Assembly (NCBI GenBank): GCA_963772815.1
Contig: CAVYYV010000009.1
Span: 23,183-87,182, forward strand
Direction of reading: 5' to 3'
Length of the DNA: 64,000 nucleotides
DNA from: an uncultured Acidimicrobiia bacterium
Lineage (GTDB): Bacteria; Actinomycetota; Acidimicrobiia; Spongiisociales; ZC4RG35
Positions 10,014 to 20,013 of the stretch are shown here, piece after piece (the stretch's first letter is position 1; every line of letters starts with the position of its first letter). Both the position numbers and the translations under genes were made by a program. The notes under the pieces are model-generated. The model ran no database searches. It was given only the letters and a program-made list of their open reading frames with translations, and was not told the origin of the DNA.

Positions 10014-10855
10014 TGACGGCCGTGATGACTCGGACCGGTGCCCGACTGCGCCGCGCCTACCAGATAGGGGACGCCTTCTTCCGCATCGACTGGATCGATA
10101 CCAAGAACTACCCCCTGGCGGTGGTGATGAAGGTGATCCAGACCCTGGTCCCGATCATCACCTACATGTTCGTGGCCCAGCTCGTGAGCGACAACGGGCC
10201 TAGCGTGGCCTTCGACTACTACACATTCGTCGTCATCGGCATCGTGGCGATGGGAGCACTGGGCGCCACGCTCAACTCATTCGGCAACGCCATGCTGCGA
10301 CTGGTCGATCAGGGACGTTTGGAGATGTTCCTCGTCGAACCCGTACGCTGGTCGGTCCTCCCTTTCGCCATGATGACCTGGCCCGGCATCCAGGCCATCG
10401 CCACGGCCGTGGTCATGGTGCTCCTCTCCATGCCATTGGGCGCTCAGTACGATCTCGCCTCCATAGGGGTAGCCGCCCTGATTCTCGCCCTGGGTCTGGC
10501 CGCCACCCTGGCCATCGGGATCCTCGGCGCCAGTGTCAAGGTGCTCTCGAAGCGGGCCGACCCCGTACTCGTCCTCTACACGATCGTGGCATCGATCCTC
10601 TCGGGAGCGTTCTTCCCGATTGATCTGCTCCCCCGGTGGCTACAGGCCGTCGCCTGGATCACCCCCCATACCTACGTCATCCAGGCGCTGAGACGAGTGC
10701 TGATGCCGCAGGGATCGGTCCTGCCCGGCCCCACCACGCTGCAGGCAATCGGGGCGCTGTTGCTCTTCTCGGTCGTGCTGTATCCGGTCTCGATGTGGGT
10801 GTTCGGACGCACCCTCGAGTACGGGCGGAAGATCGGGGCTCTCAGTGGCTACTGA
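10013..10855 (+). CDS. ABC-2 type permease
   Basis: About 6 TM helices with motif SGAFFPIDLLPRWLQ..AWITP. Translationally coupled (TGATG) to the ATPase gene. Confidence 0.88.
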   Translation: MTAVMTRTGARLRRAYQIGDAFFRIDWIDTKNYPLAVVMKVIQTLVPIITYMFVAQLVSDNGPSVAFDYYTFVVIGIVAMGALGATLNSFGNAMLRLVDQGRLEMFLVEPVRWSVLPFAMMTWPGIQAIATAVVMVLLSMPLGAQYDLASIGVAALILALGLAATLAIGILGASVKVLSKRADPVLVLYTIVASILSGAFFPIDLLPRWLQAVAWITPHTYVIQALRRVLMPQGSVLPGPTTLQAIGALLLFSVVLYPVSMWVFGRTLEYGRKIGALSGY

Positions 10856-10926
10856 TTCCGCCCCGGACCCGGCTTGGGTCGATTCGCCCATGGTGCTCGG
10901 GTGCGATTCGGATATCGTGCTTCAGA

Positions 10927-12039
10927 ATGGGAGTTGATCGAGCCAGGGTCCTCATCCTGGTCAAGGGGCTGGGGATAGGCGGAGCCGAGCGGCTGATTGC
11001 CTCGGGGAGCGCCCACTGGGACAGCGAGCGTTACGACTACCAGGTCGCCTACGTCCTGCCCTGGAAGGACGCCCTGGTTCCCGAACTCGAGGAGCTGGGG
11101 GTAACAGTCACCTGCATTGGCGGTCGGCGCGGCTTCGACCCACTGACCCCAATACGCTGGCGGCAGTTGGTGCGGGGCGTGCATCCCGATCTGATCCATG
11201 CCCACCTTCCCAGCACCGGGATCCTGGCCAGGCTGGTCGGCGGGGTTCCCGTCGTCTACACCGAGCACAACATCGCCGACTCCTATCGGGCGCCGACCCG
11301 GATCCTCAACCGCCTCACCTACGGTCGGAACGCAGCAGTTATAGCCGTCTCCGAGGCGGTCAAGTCGAGCGTGGAGGGCTTTCCCGGCCCCGAGGTCGAG
11401 GTAATCGAGAATGGAGTGGCAACCCAGGTCTCCGACGGCGCCCGCCTGGCCGCTCGCAAGGAGCTGGGCCTGGGGCCCGACGACGCTCTCGTCGTCCACG
11501 TGGGCAACATCCGTCCCCACAAGGGCCACCAGAACCTCGTGGACGCTTCCGAATCGGTCCTGGATCAGCGCCCCGACGTACACATCGTGTCCATCGGCGG
11601 GGAGAAGTACCCCGGCGATCTGGCCCGCCTGCGGGAGGAGGCGAGAGCAAGGGGGATCGAAGGCCGGTTGCGCTTCCTGGGTAGCCGTCCCGACGCCCTC
11701 GATTTCATCGCAGCCGCCGACGTCTTCGTCAACCCGGCAGATGTCGAAGGCCTGCCGGTTGCGATCCTTGAGGCCCAGTCCCTGGCCAAGCCGGTGGTGG
11801 CCACGGCGGTGGGTGGGGTGCCGTCGGTGGTCATCGATGGTGAGACGGGTCGCCTCGTCCCACCCGGAGAGCCCCAGATGCTGGCGGACGCCCTGCTGGG
11901 AGTAATCGGCGACTTGCCCGGCGGTCGAGAAATGGGCAAGCGAGCACACGCCCGGGTGAATGAGACCCACGGGTTGGAGCGAATGATCCGAGGGTACGAA
12001 TCGGTCTACGAACGTCTTCTCGGGATGGTGCGCCAATGA
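10927..12039 (+). CDS. Glycosyltransferase family 4
   Basis: GGAERL, HAHL, TEHN and EGLPVAILEA (EX7E) motifs. Confidence 0.9.
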   Translation: MGVDRARVLILVKGLGIGGAERLIASGSAHWDSERYDYQVAYVLPWKDALVPELEELGVTVTCIGGRRGFDPLTPIRWRQLVRGVHPDLIHAHLPSTGILARLVGGVPVVYTEHNIADSYRAPTRILNRLTYGRNAAVIAVSEAVKSSVEGFPGPEVEVIENGVATQVSDGARLAARKELGLGPDDALVVHVGNIRPHKGHQNLVDASESVLDQRPDVHIVSIGGEKYPGDLARLREEARARGIEGRLRFLGSRPDALDFIAAADVFVNPADVEGLPVAILEAQSLAKPVVATAVGGVPSVVIDGETGRLVPPGEPQMLADALLGVIGDLPGGREMGKRAHARVNETHGLERMIRGYESVYERLLGMVRQ

Positions 12040-13460
12040 GCGGGAAAGTCACCGCTCTGGCCCTGCTGGCCGTGGTCCTGGCCATTCCCCTCGGGCTGCT
12101 GGCCGGGACGGGCTCAGTCCCGGGCCACATCCTGGTCATGTTCGTGGCCTTCACCGGCCTCGCCTACCTGATCGCCCTCAGAATCGCCGGTCCCGAGGAG
12201 AGCTGGCTTCCCACGCTGATGCTGTGGGGCATGATCGCCAAGCTGGCCGGAGCCACCGTTCGCCACTTGGTTCTCTTCGACGTGTACTCGGGGGGCGGCG
12301 ATGCCGTCACCTATCACCGGGTCGGGATCGAAATCGCCAATGTCTGGCGGACCTTTGTCGTGCCCTCGATCGAATCCGCCGGCAGCGGCAGCTTCGGAAC
12401 CCATTTCGTGGGCTGGCTCACCGGATTGATCTATACCCCGTTCGAGCCGTCGTCCCTGGGCGGGTTCTGGATCTTCTCGTTCTTCGCCTTCCTGGGCCAG
12501 GTCCTCCTGTATTTGGCGTTCCGATCCTTCACCAGCCCCCCGGGGTGGCGACGCTATGCCTTCCTCGTCTTCTTCTGGCCCACGCTGTTGTACTGGCCGT
12601 CCAGCATCGGTAAGGAAGCCCTCCTGCTCCTGTTCATCGGCATCACCGCCTGGGGCGCGGCCAAGCTCTATCGCCGATTCAGGTTCGCCTGGCTGATACC
12701 GATCGCCGGTGCCGCCGCGATCATCGGCTTCATCCGCGTCCATGTGGCGGCTCTGCTGGTGGGCAGCATCCTGGCCGGAGCCCTCCTGGCCCGGGGCCCA
12801 AGACGGGACATCGGGGCCGGCCTGCGCCGAATCCTCCTCGTCGCCCTCGGAATTGCCGCCATGTTCCCGCTGGTTCTTAGTGTGGCGAACCAGTTCGGTG
12901 TCAGCCTCAACGGGCCCATCTCCATCGAGGACCTTGACCCGGCATTCTCGACCATCGAGACCCGAACGGCTCAGGGCGGTTCGGCGGTTCAGACGGGCGC
13001 TATCCGCTCACCGGCCGACATACCGGGCGGTGTGCTCAAGGTGCTCTTCAGGCCGCTGCCCACCGAGGCGTCCAACCTCCAGACGCTGGCGGCAAGCGTC
13101 GAGAGCGTGCTGCTGATCCTTCTCATCCTGTGGAGGGTGCCGAAATTCCCCAGGAACGCGCGTCGATTGTTGCGCTGGCCCTACCTGATGATGTGCCTGG
13201 TCTACACCCTCGGCTTCATATTCGCCTGGAGCGCGATCAACAACCTGGGCATCATCGCCAGACAGCGCTCACTGCTTCTTCCATTCCTGCTGGCCATCAT
13301 CGTCGCCCTGGGATGGAATGACTCGGTGGACGATCACGCCGCCCACGATCTGACGGCTCGCCTCATGGCCCCCGGTAGCCCCGCAACCGGCGCCGGACGA
13401 CCTCCTCGTAGAGGAGACCGCGCCGAACTCGCGGGCCGAACCAGCGAAACCCGTCGCTGA
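12036..13460 (+). CDS. Polytopic membrane protein, probable Wzy-like polymerase or GT-C protein
   Basis: About 10-11 TM segments with GDAVTYH, SIGKEA and NLGIIARQR. Lies in a glycan locus with an ATGA overlap to the GT4 gene. Confidence 0.6.
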   Translation: MSGKVTALALLAVVLAIPLGLLAGTGSVPGHILVMFVAFTGLAYLIALRIAGPEESWLPTLMLWGMIAKLAGATVRHLVLFDVYSGGGDAVTYHRVGIEIANVWRTFVVPSIESAGSGSFGTHFVGWLTGLIYTPFEPSSLGGFWIFSFFAFLGQVLLYLAFRSFTSPPGWRRYAFLVFFWPTLLYWPSSIGKEALLLLFIGITAWGAAKLYRRFRFAWLIPIAGAAAIIGFIRVHVAALLVGSILAGALLARGPRRDIGAGLRRILLVALGIAAMFPLVLSVANQFGVSLNGPISIEDLDPAFSTIETRTAQGGSAVQTGAIRSPADIPGGVLKVLFRPLPTEASNLQTLAASVESVLLILLILWRVPKFPRNARRLLRWPYLMMCLVYTLGFIFAWSAINNLGIIARQRSLLLPFLLAIIVALGWNDSVDDHAAHDLTARLMAPGSPATGAGRPPRRGDRAELAGRTSETRR

Positions 13461-14139
13461 GCTGGATCGGTAACCGGCTGATCAGGTGAGGATCTTCCAC
13501 TCGCCGCGACGGCAACGGCGACCCCAGGGCTCCGGTGACGTAACGCGCCCGCACCACGCCGTCGGCTGAAGGCGACCAGTAGCCCCAGGGATAGGCGAAG
13601 TGCTCTGGATCGATGCCCGTATGGCGGCTGATCAGTTCGTCGGACACACGAAGCTCCCCTTCGACCGAGTCGGGATCCAGTGACCGAAGGTCCGGGTGGG
13701 TGTGGGTGTGGGCGCCAATGGTGGCCAAACCCGAGTCCATCATCTCCTTCACCATGTCCCAGGTGAGAGGTTCGGCCCCCGGGTGATCCCGGAGCGGCCG
13801 CCCGGTCTCCACAGGCTCGGTGGTCAGGTACAGGGTGAAGGGAATTCCGCGCTCGACCAACAGTGGAAAGGCCTCCTCGTGCACGGATCGAAACCCGTCG
13901 TCGAAGGTCAGCACCACCGATCCTGGCCGATCCAGAGCCAGGGGAAGCGGCATGACCTGGTAGTTGTCGGCCAGCCAATCGAGCTGTTGGCGGAAAACCT
14001 CGGTCGACACTTCCATCTCGAGGCCCGAGCCGCCTCCGATCTGGTGGTAGATCAAGATCCGGGGGCCGCTCAAGGGTCTGTTGAGCAGGTCGAGGCCGGC
14101 GAATACAGCCTTCGATGCCCGCTTGGCGGCCGACGTCAT
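13363..14139 (-). CDS. Polysaccharide deacetylase (CE4/NodB-like)
   Basis: ILIYH, LTFDDG, GAHTHTH and FAYPWG motifs. Confidence 0.9.
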   Translation of the reverse strand: MTSAAKRASKAVFAGLDLLNRPLSGPRILIYHQIGGGSGLEMEVSTEVFRQQLDWLADNYQVMPLPLALDRPGSVVLTFDDGFRSVHEEAFPLLVERGIPFTLYLTTEPVETGRPLRDHPGAEPLTWDMVKEMMDSGLATIGAHTHTHPDLRSLDPDSVEGELRVSDELISRHTGIDPEHFAYPWGYWSPSADGVVRARYVTGALGSPLPSRRVEDPHLISRLPIQLSDGFRWFGPRVRRGLLYEEVVRRRLRGYRGP

Positions 14140-16934
14140 CCGGTGCGCTCGAGCGCCTCCAGCTCACGCTCGGTCAGCACAGGGGCAGCAAGGATGCCGA
14201 GGCGCTGGAGCGGAGCGAGGTTGGTCTTGACGCCCTGACTCCAGTCGGGCGCCCATCCCCTGGGTTGATCCTCGTCCGGAAGCGTGGGGTACCAGAGCCG
14301 CGACTCGGCTTTGCTCCCGTCGATCAGCCAGGCGATGGCCAGGCCGAGCTCCTGGGCGTCCTCGACCTGAGCATTGAGCTCATCCACTGCGGCCTGGTCG
14401 CCGACCAGTTCCTTGCGACGCCGGCGCCGGGCCAGACGCTCGATGGCGCGTATGACGACCGAATCGACGAAGGCGACCATACGCTCCTTTTCGAACCGAT
14501 CGGCCGCCACCAGAGCCGAGATGGTTCCCTCCCGACTCATGATGTGCCACACCTTCGGCTCCCAGTCCTGGTCCCTGGCATGACGCTCGAAGTAGTGACG
14601 GCTGACCCAGCGATCCATGCTGGTGGCGTCCGAGGGATCTTCGCCGTAGGACAGGGCCTTCAACAGGAGCTGCTCGAAGTCGGCCGCGTCCTTCTTGCCC
14701 AACTCGTTGCGGAACTCGTGGCGCAACCTCGAGCCCAGGGAAGGGTGACCCTTCCAGGTCGCCAGCGGAACGAAACCAGCTTCGGCCACCTCGGAGAGGG
14801 TCTTCGGGTCCAGTCCGGACCCGCGCTCGGCCAGCACGAGAGCAGTAACCCAGTCCATCAGGAACCGCTCCGCCTCCGTCACCGAGTGGGTCGGATCCGA
14901 CTTCTGGAGCAGGTCATACATCTCGTCCACCCGGGCCCGCTCCGCATGGGAGAGGCTGGACTCCTGAGCGGCTGAGGAGACCACCGCGGCCAGTGAGCGG
15001 CGCTGGTCTTCGGCCTCTTCGTCTCGGACCTCCTCCTCGGCCACCGGGGAGGAGTCGGACCGGGCCGGCACGTCGATCGACTCGAGTGCCTCGTCCAGCG
15101 CCGCCTGGGCGGATCCCTTCTCGGCCGGTGCAGGCACCGGTCGGGGATAGCGTTCCCGATCCGCCGTTGTTGGGGGCCGGGAAACGCGCTCGGCGGGCGG
15201 CTCGACGCCGACCGGCGGCTCCATCCTGTTCCGCCGACGGCGCCAGCGTTCCCTGAGGCCCATGCCGGGCCGGCGCAGGGCGAGCACCAGAGGCGTCTTG
15301 AGGAAGGTGCCGATCAGATCGATCTGACGGTAGGACATCTCCTGGGCGAGCCTCAATAGAACCGCTCGCCTCGCTGCTCCCGGCTTGGCCGCCATCAGCA
15401 CCAAGTCGCTCCTGTCGAGCAGCGCCTGAGTGGAGGGCATCTCGACGTCGTCGCACAAGACCACCACGACATCTTTCGTCTCGCGGAGGAGATCGAAGAG
15501 TTGACCAACTTGAGGACCGGCCAGGGCGTCGGCCGGAACATCGATTCCCTCACCCGCCGAGATGATCGTGAGGTCGGGCTGCAGGGTGGGATCGGAGGTG
15601 GATGCCTCGTCCACCAACGTGTTGACCGCTTCCTCACTGGCCCCGGCCACATCGCTCAACGAGAAAAGGGCGTGGCGAAACTCGGGCTGCTTGGTGGTGG
15701 CATCGAACGCAGCATCCACCAGGACTGTGTCGACGGCCGTGCTGGCGAAGGCCGACGCCAGGTCGACGCCCAGAGTCTGGATGTCCGCTGAGCTCACGCC
15801 CGAACCGGCCACCGCTACCACGAGGTCCTCGCCGCCGACCCGAGCCCTGATGGTCGAGCGGATCGCCTGTATCGCCGACTTGCGCCGGCTGGCGCCGGAC
15901 CGCAGATACCAGGAAACGCCACCGCGCGGGCGGGTGGTGACGGAGGGGAGGAAGGGAATCTCGGATATGTCGGCAGGGAACCAGACGGGAGCCACCAGCC
16001 GCTCACTCAGGACGAGGACCGCAAAGGCCAATCCAAGGCCAAGGACCAGGGCCACCAGAGCGGCGATCTCGAGCGGAACCTGGCTGGGCGTCTGGTCCTG
16101 GTTCTCGATGGCGCCGATCAGCGGCAGCCCGGCCAGGTCGGTCTGCTGAACGAGCAGGTTCTGGTACTTCTGCTCGAGCTGGTCGTACTCGCCCTGGAGA
16201 ACTCGGAGCTGGGTTGCCTCGGCGGACAGAGGATCGAGCCCCGGAGGGAGTGCGGCCAGCTCGTTCTGCACGTCCGCTATAGCCGAATTCACCTGACCGA
16301 GCTGGTCCTGGAGCTGGCTCTGAGTGGGTGCATCGGGCAGGGTGGACGGGACCCGGATCGACTGTTCCAGCGTCAGGGCCTGCTTCTCCAAGTCGCCCAG
16401 CAGGGTGGTGAGCTGGTTCCGTTGTTCCTCGATCTGCGGATCGAGAGAAGTCTGATCCTGAAGAGCCCGTATCTCGTCGCGCACGTCACCCAGCTGGCTC
16501 AGCGTCACCTGGATCTGGTCGTTGAGCTTGCCGGCCAGATCGAAGGGCTTCAGTGCGAGGAGTCGATCCCGCATGTCGGCCGCGTGAGCAGTTGCGTCGG
16601 AGGCCGAGGAGCCCGTGGCCAGGAATGTGAGTCGGCCCAGGGTGGTGTCCACCTCGACGGCGTAACCGGGCAAGCCGAGGACGTCCTTGTTGACCGAGAG
16701 CGCCTGGAGATGAGCGTCCTCGAGCTGGGTCTGAACGGTCTCGGCCAACTGGGTGCCCAGGCTCTCCAGGCCCTGGATGTCGTTGACGAAGGTGACGGGC
16801 GCCGTGGCCTGGAATCGAGGCTCTATGGCCTCGTTGCGGAGGTTTGCGGCCCAAACGGCCACCAGCACGGTGGCGGCCACCACGAAGAGCACAGTCCGCC
16901 AGCGGTAGCGGAGAATCCGGAAGGGTCTATTCAT
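14136..16934 (-). CDS. Wzz/Wzc-like polysaccharide co-polymerase with a degenerate kinase-like domain and an extra C-terminal domain
   Basis: Two TM helices flank a coiled-coil region. Following it is a BY-kinase-like segment (AIQAIRSTI, VLVDAAF) lacking the Walker A lysine, then about 300 aa of unknown sequence. Confidence 0.65.
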   Translation of the reverse strand: MNRPFRILRYRWRTVLFVVAATVLVAVWAANLRNEAIEPRFQATAPVTFVNDIQGLESLGTQLAETVQTQLEDAHLQALSVNKDVLGLPGYAVEVDTTLGRLTFLATGSSASDATAHAADMRDRLLALKPFDLAGKLNDQIQVTLSQLGDVRDEIRALQDQTSLDPQIEEQRNQLTTLLGDLEKQALTLEQSIRVPSTLPDAPTQSQLQDQLGQVNSAIADVQNELAALPPGLDPLSAEATQLRVLQGEYDQLEQKYQNLLVQQTDLAGLPLIGAIENQDQTPSQVPLEIAALVALVLGLGLAFAVLVLSERLVAPVWFPADISEIPFLPSVTTRPRGGVSWYLRSGASRRKSAIQAIRSTIRARVGGEDLVVAVAGSGVSSADIQTLGVDLASAFASTAVDTVLVDAAFDATTKQPEFRHALFSLSDVAGASEEAVNTLVDEASTSDPTLQPDLTIISAGEGIDVPADALAGPQVGQLFDLLRETKDVVVVLCDDVEMPSTQALLDRSDLVLMAAKPGAARRAVLLRLAQEMSYRQIDLIGTFLKTPLVLALRRPGMGLRERWRRRRNRMEPPVGVEPPAERVSRPPTTADRERYPRPVPAPAEKGSAQAALDEALESIDVPARSDSSPVAEEEVRDEEAEDQRRSLAAVVSSAAQESSLSHAERARVDEMYDLLQKSDPTHSVTEAERFLMDWVTALVLAERGSGLDPKTLSEVAEAGFVPLATWKGHPSLGSRLRHEFRNELGKKDAADFEQLLLKALSYGEDPSDATSMDRWVSRHYFERHARDQDWEPKVWHIMSREGTISALVAADRFEKERMVAFVDSVVIRAIERLARRRRRKELVGDQAAVDELNAQVEDAQELGLAIAWLIDGSKAESRLWYPTLPDEDQPRGWAPDWSQGVKTNLAPLQRLGILAAPVLTERELEALERTG

Positions 16935-18852
16935 TGCCCACGGCCTTCATGTGCTCGGGCTCGTTGAGGTTGACTACTTCGAAACCATCCCACTCGTGGG
17001 TGGCCAGGTCCCGCAGGCCTTCCTGCACGCCCAACTGATCGCCTTTGTCGGCCAGCCCGTCCAGCAGCGTCACCAGGTCGAACATGGTGACCGGGCCCGG
17101 AGAGGGCGGCCGGGTGACGTTGACCTTGGGGTGAGATGTGGGGAACAGCTCACCATGGGCCAAAGATTCGGTCAACTTCTCACCCGGCCGAATTCCCGTG
17201 ATCTTCATCGCCACATCCCGCTCCGGGACCAAGCCCCCCAGCCTGATCAGACGGCGGGCGAGATCGTAGATCTTGATTGGCTCGCCCATGTCGAGCACGA
17301 ACACCTCACCCCCTTCGGCCAGAGCGGCCGATTGCAGCACCAACTGAACTGCCTCATCGACGGTCATGAAGAACCGGGTCATCTCCTCGTCTGTGATGGT
17401 GACCGGGCCTCCCGCCTGGATCTGGCGAACGAAGGTCGGCACCACCGAACCCCGGCTCCCGAGGACGTTCCCGAACCGGACCGAGGTGTAGATGCCTTCG
17501 GTGGCTCTCACCATTTCCTGCTGAACCACCATCTCGGCCACCCGCTTCGAGGCTCCCATGACACTGCTGGGGTGCACGGCCTTGTCCGAGCTGATCAGCA
17601 CGAAGCGCTCCACCTCCGAATCGCGCAGGGCCTCCAGAAGGTGGAGGGTGCCCCGAACATTGGTCTTGTGTGCCTCGTCGGGGAACTTCTCCAGCATCGG
17701 CACATGCTTGAGGGCAGCGGCATGGAAGACGATCTGAGGCCTCATTTCTCTGATGTGAGCCCGCAGCGACTCCTTGTCCCGCACGTCGCACAGAACCGAT
17801 GTGACCGCATCGGCTCGGTCGCCCAGTTCGAGGAGCATCTCGTGCAGGAGAGTCTCATCGTGATCGAATGCGTAGACCTCCCCCGGAGCGAACTGGCACA
17901 CCTGACGCACGATCTCAGAGCCGATAGAGCCTCCCGCTCCGGTCACGAGGATCCGCTTTCCGGCCAGAAGCTGGCGAACCGCAACCATGTCGAGATGCAC
18001 GGCCGGGCGGGGAAGCAGGTCGGTGAGCTCTATGTCACGCACATCGACGGCTGCGTGGCTGTCGACCATGATGGCGTGGGGATCGGGCAGTATCCGCAGC
18101 CTCACGTCGATGGCGAGGCAACGGTCCACCACCAGTCGCACCAGGGAATCGTTGCCGCCCGCCACGATCACCTGCTCGATGCCGAGTTCCTCGACCAACT
18201 CCTCGAGGCGATCGAGAGACCCGATGATGGGCAGGCCCGCCATCCAGCGCTCGTTGTGCGTGGAAGAGGTCTCGACGAATCCCAAGACGTCTACGGAACT
18301 GCCCGCCTCTCGGGCGAAAATGGCCGCGGCGCGATTGGTGCCGATGATGAGCGCCCGCGGGCGACGGATGCCGTCGGCCATTCGACGATACGAGAACATC
18401 CGCGAGCGAAACCTGACCAGCCCCATACCCCCGGTGGTTATGGCGGCGCCCAGGATCAGGGTGCTCAACGGGATGGGATGGCTGTGTTGGACGATCACGG
18501 CCACGGACATGATCGTCATCACGGACAGATTGGCAACGAGGACCTGGCGAGCCTCGGCGATGCTGGCGAACTCCCAGACGTGGCCGTAGGCGCCGGCAAC
18601 GATGTTGGCCACCAGATGCAGCGCCACGAGGAGGGGCAGGAACCGGACAAGAGTGGGCCAGAACCTATCCGACACACCCGGATCCAGCATCCGGATCGCC
18701 AGGGCGACCACATAGGCGGCCACCACTGTGAGTGCATCTGTGAGAGCGAAAGCCACGTCGGCTCGCACCCTCGCCGCCCTGATGGCGAGACCCTTGCTCC
18801 AGGCAGCCTTCACCCCATAATCCGGTGAAGAGTGAATGCTGATGTTACCCAT
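16927..18852 (-). CDS. Membrane-anchored NDP-sugar 4,6-dehydratase (CapD/WbpM/PglF family)
   Basis: Four TM helices, then TGAGGSIGSE, HAAALKHVP, SSDKAV, MGASKR, RFGNVLGSRGSV and GIRPGEKL. Confidence 0.92.
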   Translation of the reverse strand: MGNISIHSSPDYGVKAAWSKGLAIRAARVRADVAFALTDALTVVAAYVVALAIRMLDPGVSDRFWPTLVRFLPLLVALHLVANIVAGAYGHVWEFASIAEARQVLVANLSVMTIMSVAVIVQHSHPIPLSTLILGAAITTGGMGLVRFRSRMFSYRRMADGIRRPRALIIGTNRAAAIFAREAGSSVDVLGFVETSSTHNERWMAGLPIIGSLDRLEELVEELGIEQVIVAGGNDSLVRLVVDRCLAIDVRLRILPDPHAIMVDSHAAVDVRDIELTDLLPRPAVHLDMVAVRQLLAGKRILVTGAGGSIGSEIVRQVCQFAPGEVYAFDHDETLLHEMLLELGDRADAVTSVLCDVRDKESLRAHIREMRPQIVFHAAALKHVPMLEKFPDEAHKTNVRGTLHLLEALRDSEVERFVLISSDKAVHPSSVMGASKRVAEMVVQQEMVRATEGIYTSVRFGNVLGSRGSVVPTFVRQIQAGGPVTITDEEMTRFFMTVDEAVQLVLQSAALAEGGEVFVLDMGEPIKIYDLARRLIRLGGLVPERDVAMKITGIRPGEKLTESLAHGELFPTSHPKVNVTRPPSPGPVTMFDLVTLLDGLADKGDQLGVQEGLRDLATHEWDGFEVVNLNEPEHMKAVGNE

Positions 18853-19041
18853 GCCTCCCAAACTCCTTGACCCAGCCCAAACCGTACCCTGATCTCAGCC
18901 CCTTTTCCGGTGGGTCCCATGAGTCCAGCGACCCATCGTCTGTCAACGGCCGCTTCACCTGGTGGTCATATGGGCACCCGAGGAGGGCCCGAATCAGCTC
19001 AGCGATTCCTCCGCAGCTCCGACCTACCACCCGGCCGGCTG

Positions 19042-20013
19042 TCAGGGGCCGGCCGGTCCCCCGGCCGAGATGGGCCAAAAGACACCCAGTCCGATGGTCC
19101 CCAACGCTGCTATCGAAACCGCCGCCCACACCGCCGGCAGCGCCACGATCGCCATCGCGCAGAGAGTGACGATCACAGCATGGGCGGCCACCAGGGCTCC
19201 CACGACCGACAGAAGACGGCGGCCCTGGTCTCGCAGACGGTCGTAGAGATGGCTCCTGTCACCCTCGAAGAGGGGATGGCCGACTCGCTTCCGCCGTATG
19301 ACGGTGATGATCAGATCCAGGGCGAACATCCCGAGGAAACCGAGCGAGGCAACCACACCAGCCGGGCCCGCCTCCGCCCCGAGGTCGACCAGGGCGACCG
19401 CGGTGACGGCACCCAGCAGGTAGGCACCTCCGTCTCCCAGGAACACCCGGGCCGGCGGTCGGTTGTAGGGAAGGAAGCCGGCCAGAGCCGCCGCCAGTCC
19501 CAGCGCCGGCCAGGGAGATCCGCCGACCGCCAGAGACGCCCAAGCCAGCACCAGAAGGCCGACCAAACCCGTGGAGCCGGCCAGGAGGTCGAGCCCGTCG
19601 TAGAGGTTGACGGCGTTGACCGCCACCACAACCACGACGATTCCCGCCACCATGTACCCCACTCCCAGGTCGAGCCACCGAACAGCTATCAGCGCCGCAA
19701 TCGCCAACTCGGCGAAAAGGCGCAGACCGGGGCTGAGCCCGAATCGGTCGTCCACTATCCCCAGACCGGTGATCAAGACCATCCCGATGATGAAGAAGCC
19801 GTCGACCTCACCGGCCACCATGGACGAGACGATCATGGCAAGGAGCAGGCCCGGGCCTGCCAGGGGAACGGCCGGCAGTCGGTGCACCTTCAGCGCGTCC
19901 GCCGCAGGCTCGTCGACGTAACCGAGCCGTGGCCCCAAGGCGGGAAGCATCGAGCACCACAGGGCGGAGACCACCACAGCCACAACGATGGCCGTCGCCG
20001 TCAGCGGCGCCAC
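19042..20013 (-). CDS. MraY-superfamily polyprenyl-phosphate HexNAc-1-P transferase (WecA/TagO-like)
   Basis: GIVDDR, NAVNLYDGLD, YNRPPARVFLGDGG and GDRSHLY motifs. Confidence 0.88.
   Translation of the reverse strand: MAPLTATAIVVAVVVSALWCSMLPALGPRLGYVDEPAADALKVHRLPAVPLAGPGLLLAMIVSSMVAGEVDGFFIIGMVLITGLGIVDDRFGLSPGLRLFAELAIAALIAVRWLDLGVGYMVAGIVVVVVAVNAVNLYDGLDLLAGSTGLVGLLVLAWASLAVGGSPWPALGLAAALAGFLPYNRPPARVFLGDGGAYLLGAVTAVALVDLGAEAGPAGVVASLGFLGMFALDLIITVIRRKRVGHPLFEGDRSHLYDRLRDQGRRLLSVVGALVAAHAVIVTLCAMAIVALPAVWAAVSIAALGTIGLGVFWPISAGGPAGP

Noticed and set aside
13363-13460. 98-bp convergent overlap of the Wzy-like and deacetylase genes as antisense regulation
   Set aside because: The overlapping tail is low-complexity and may come from stop loss or an indel. 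Nothing supports a function.
16951-18828. Long antisense ORFs (also 2644-4296, 33618-35423, 53538-54947, 60096-61685)
   Set aside because: These are shadow ORFs typical of high-GC DNA opposite well-supported genes, with no recognisable motifs.
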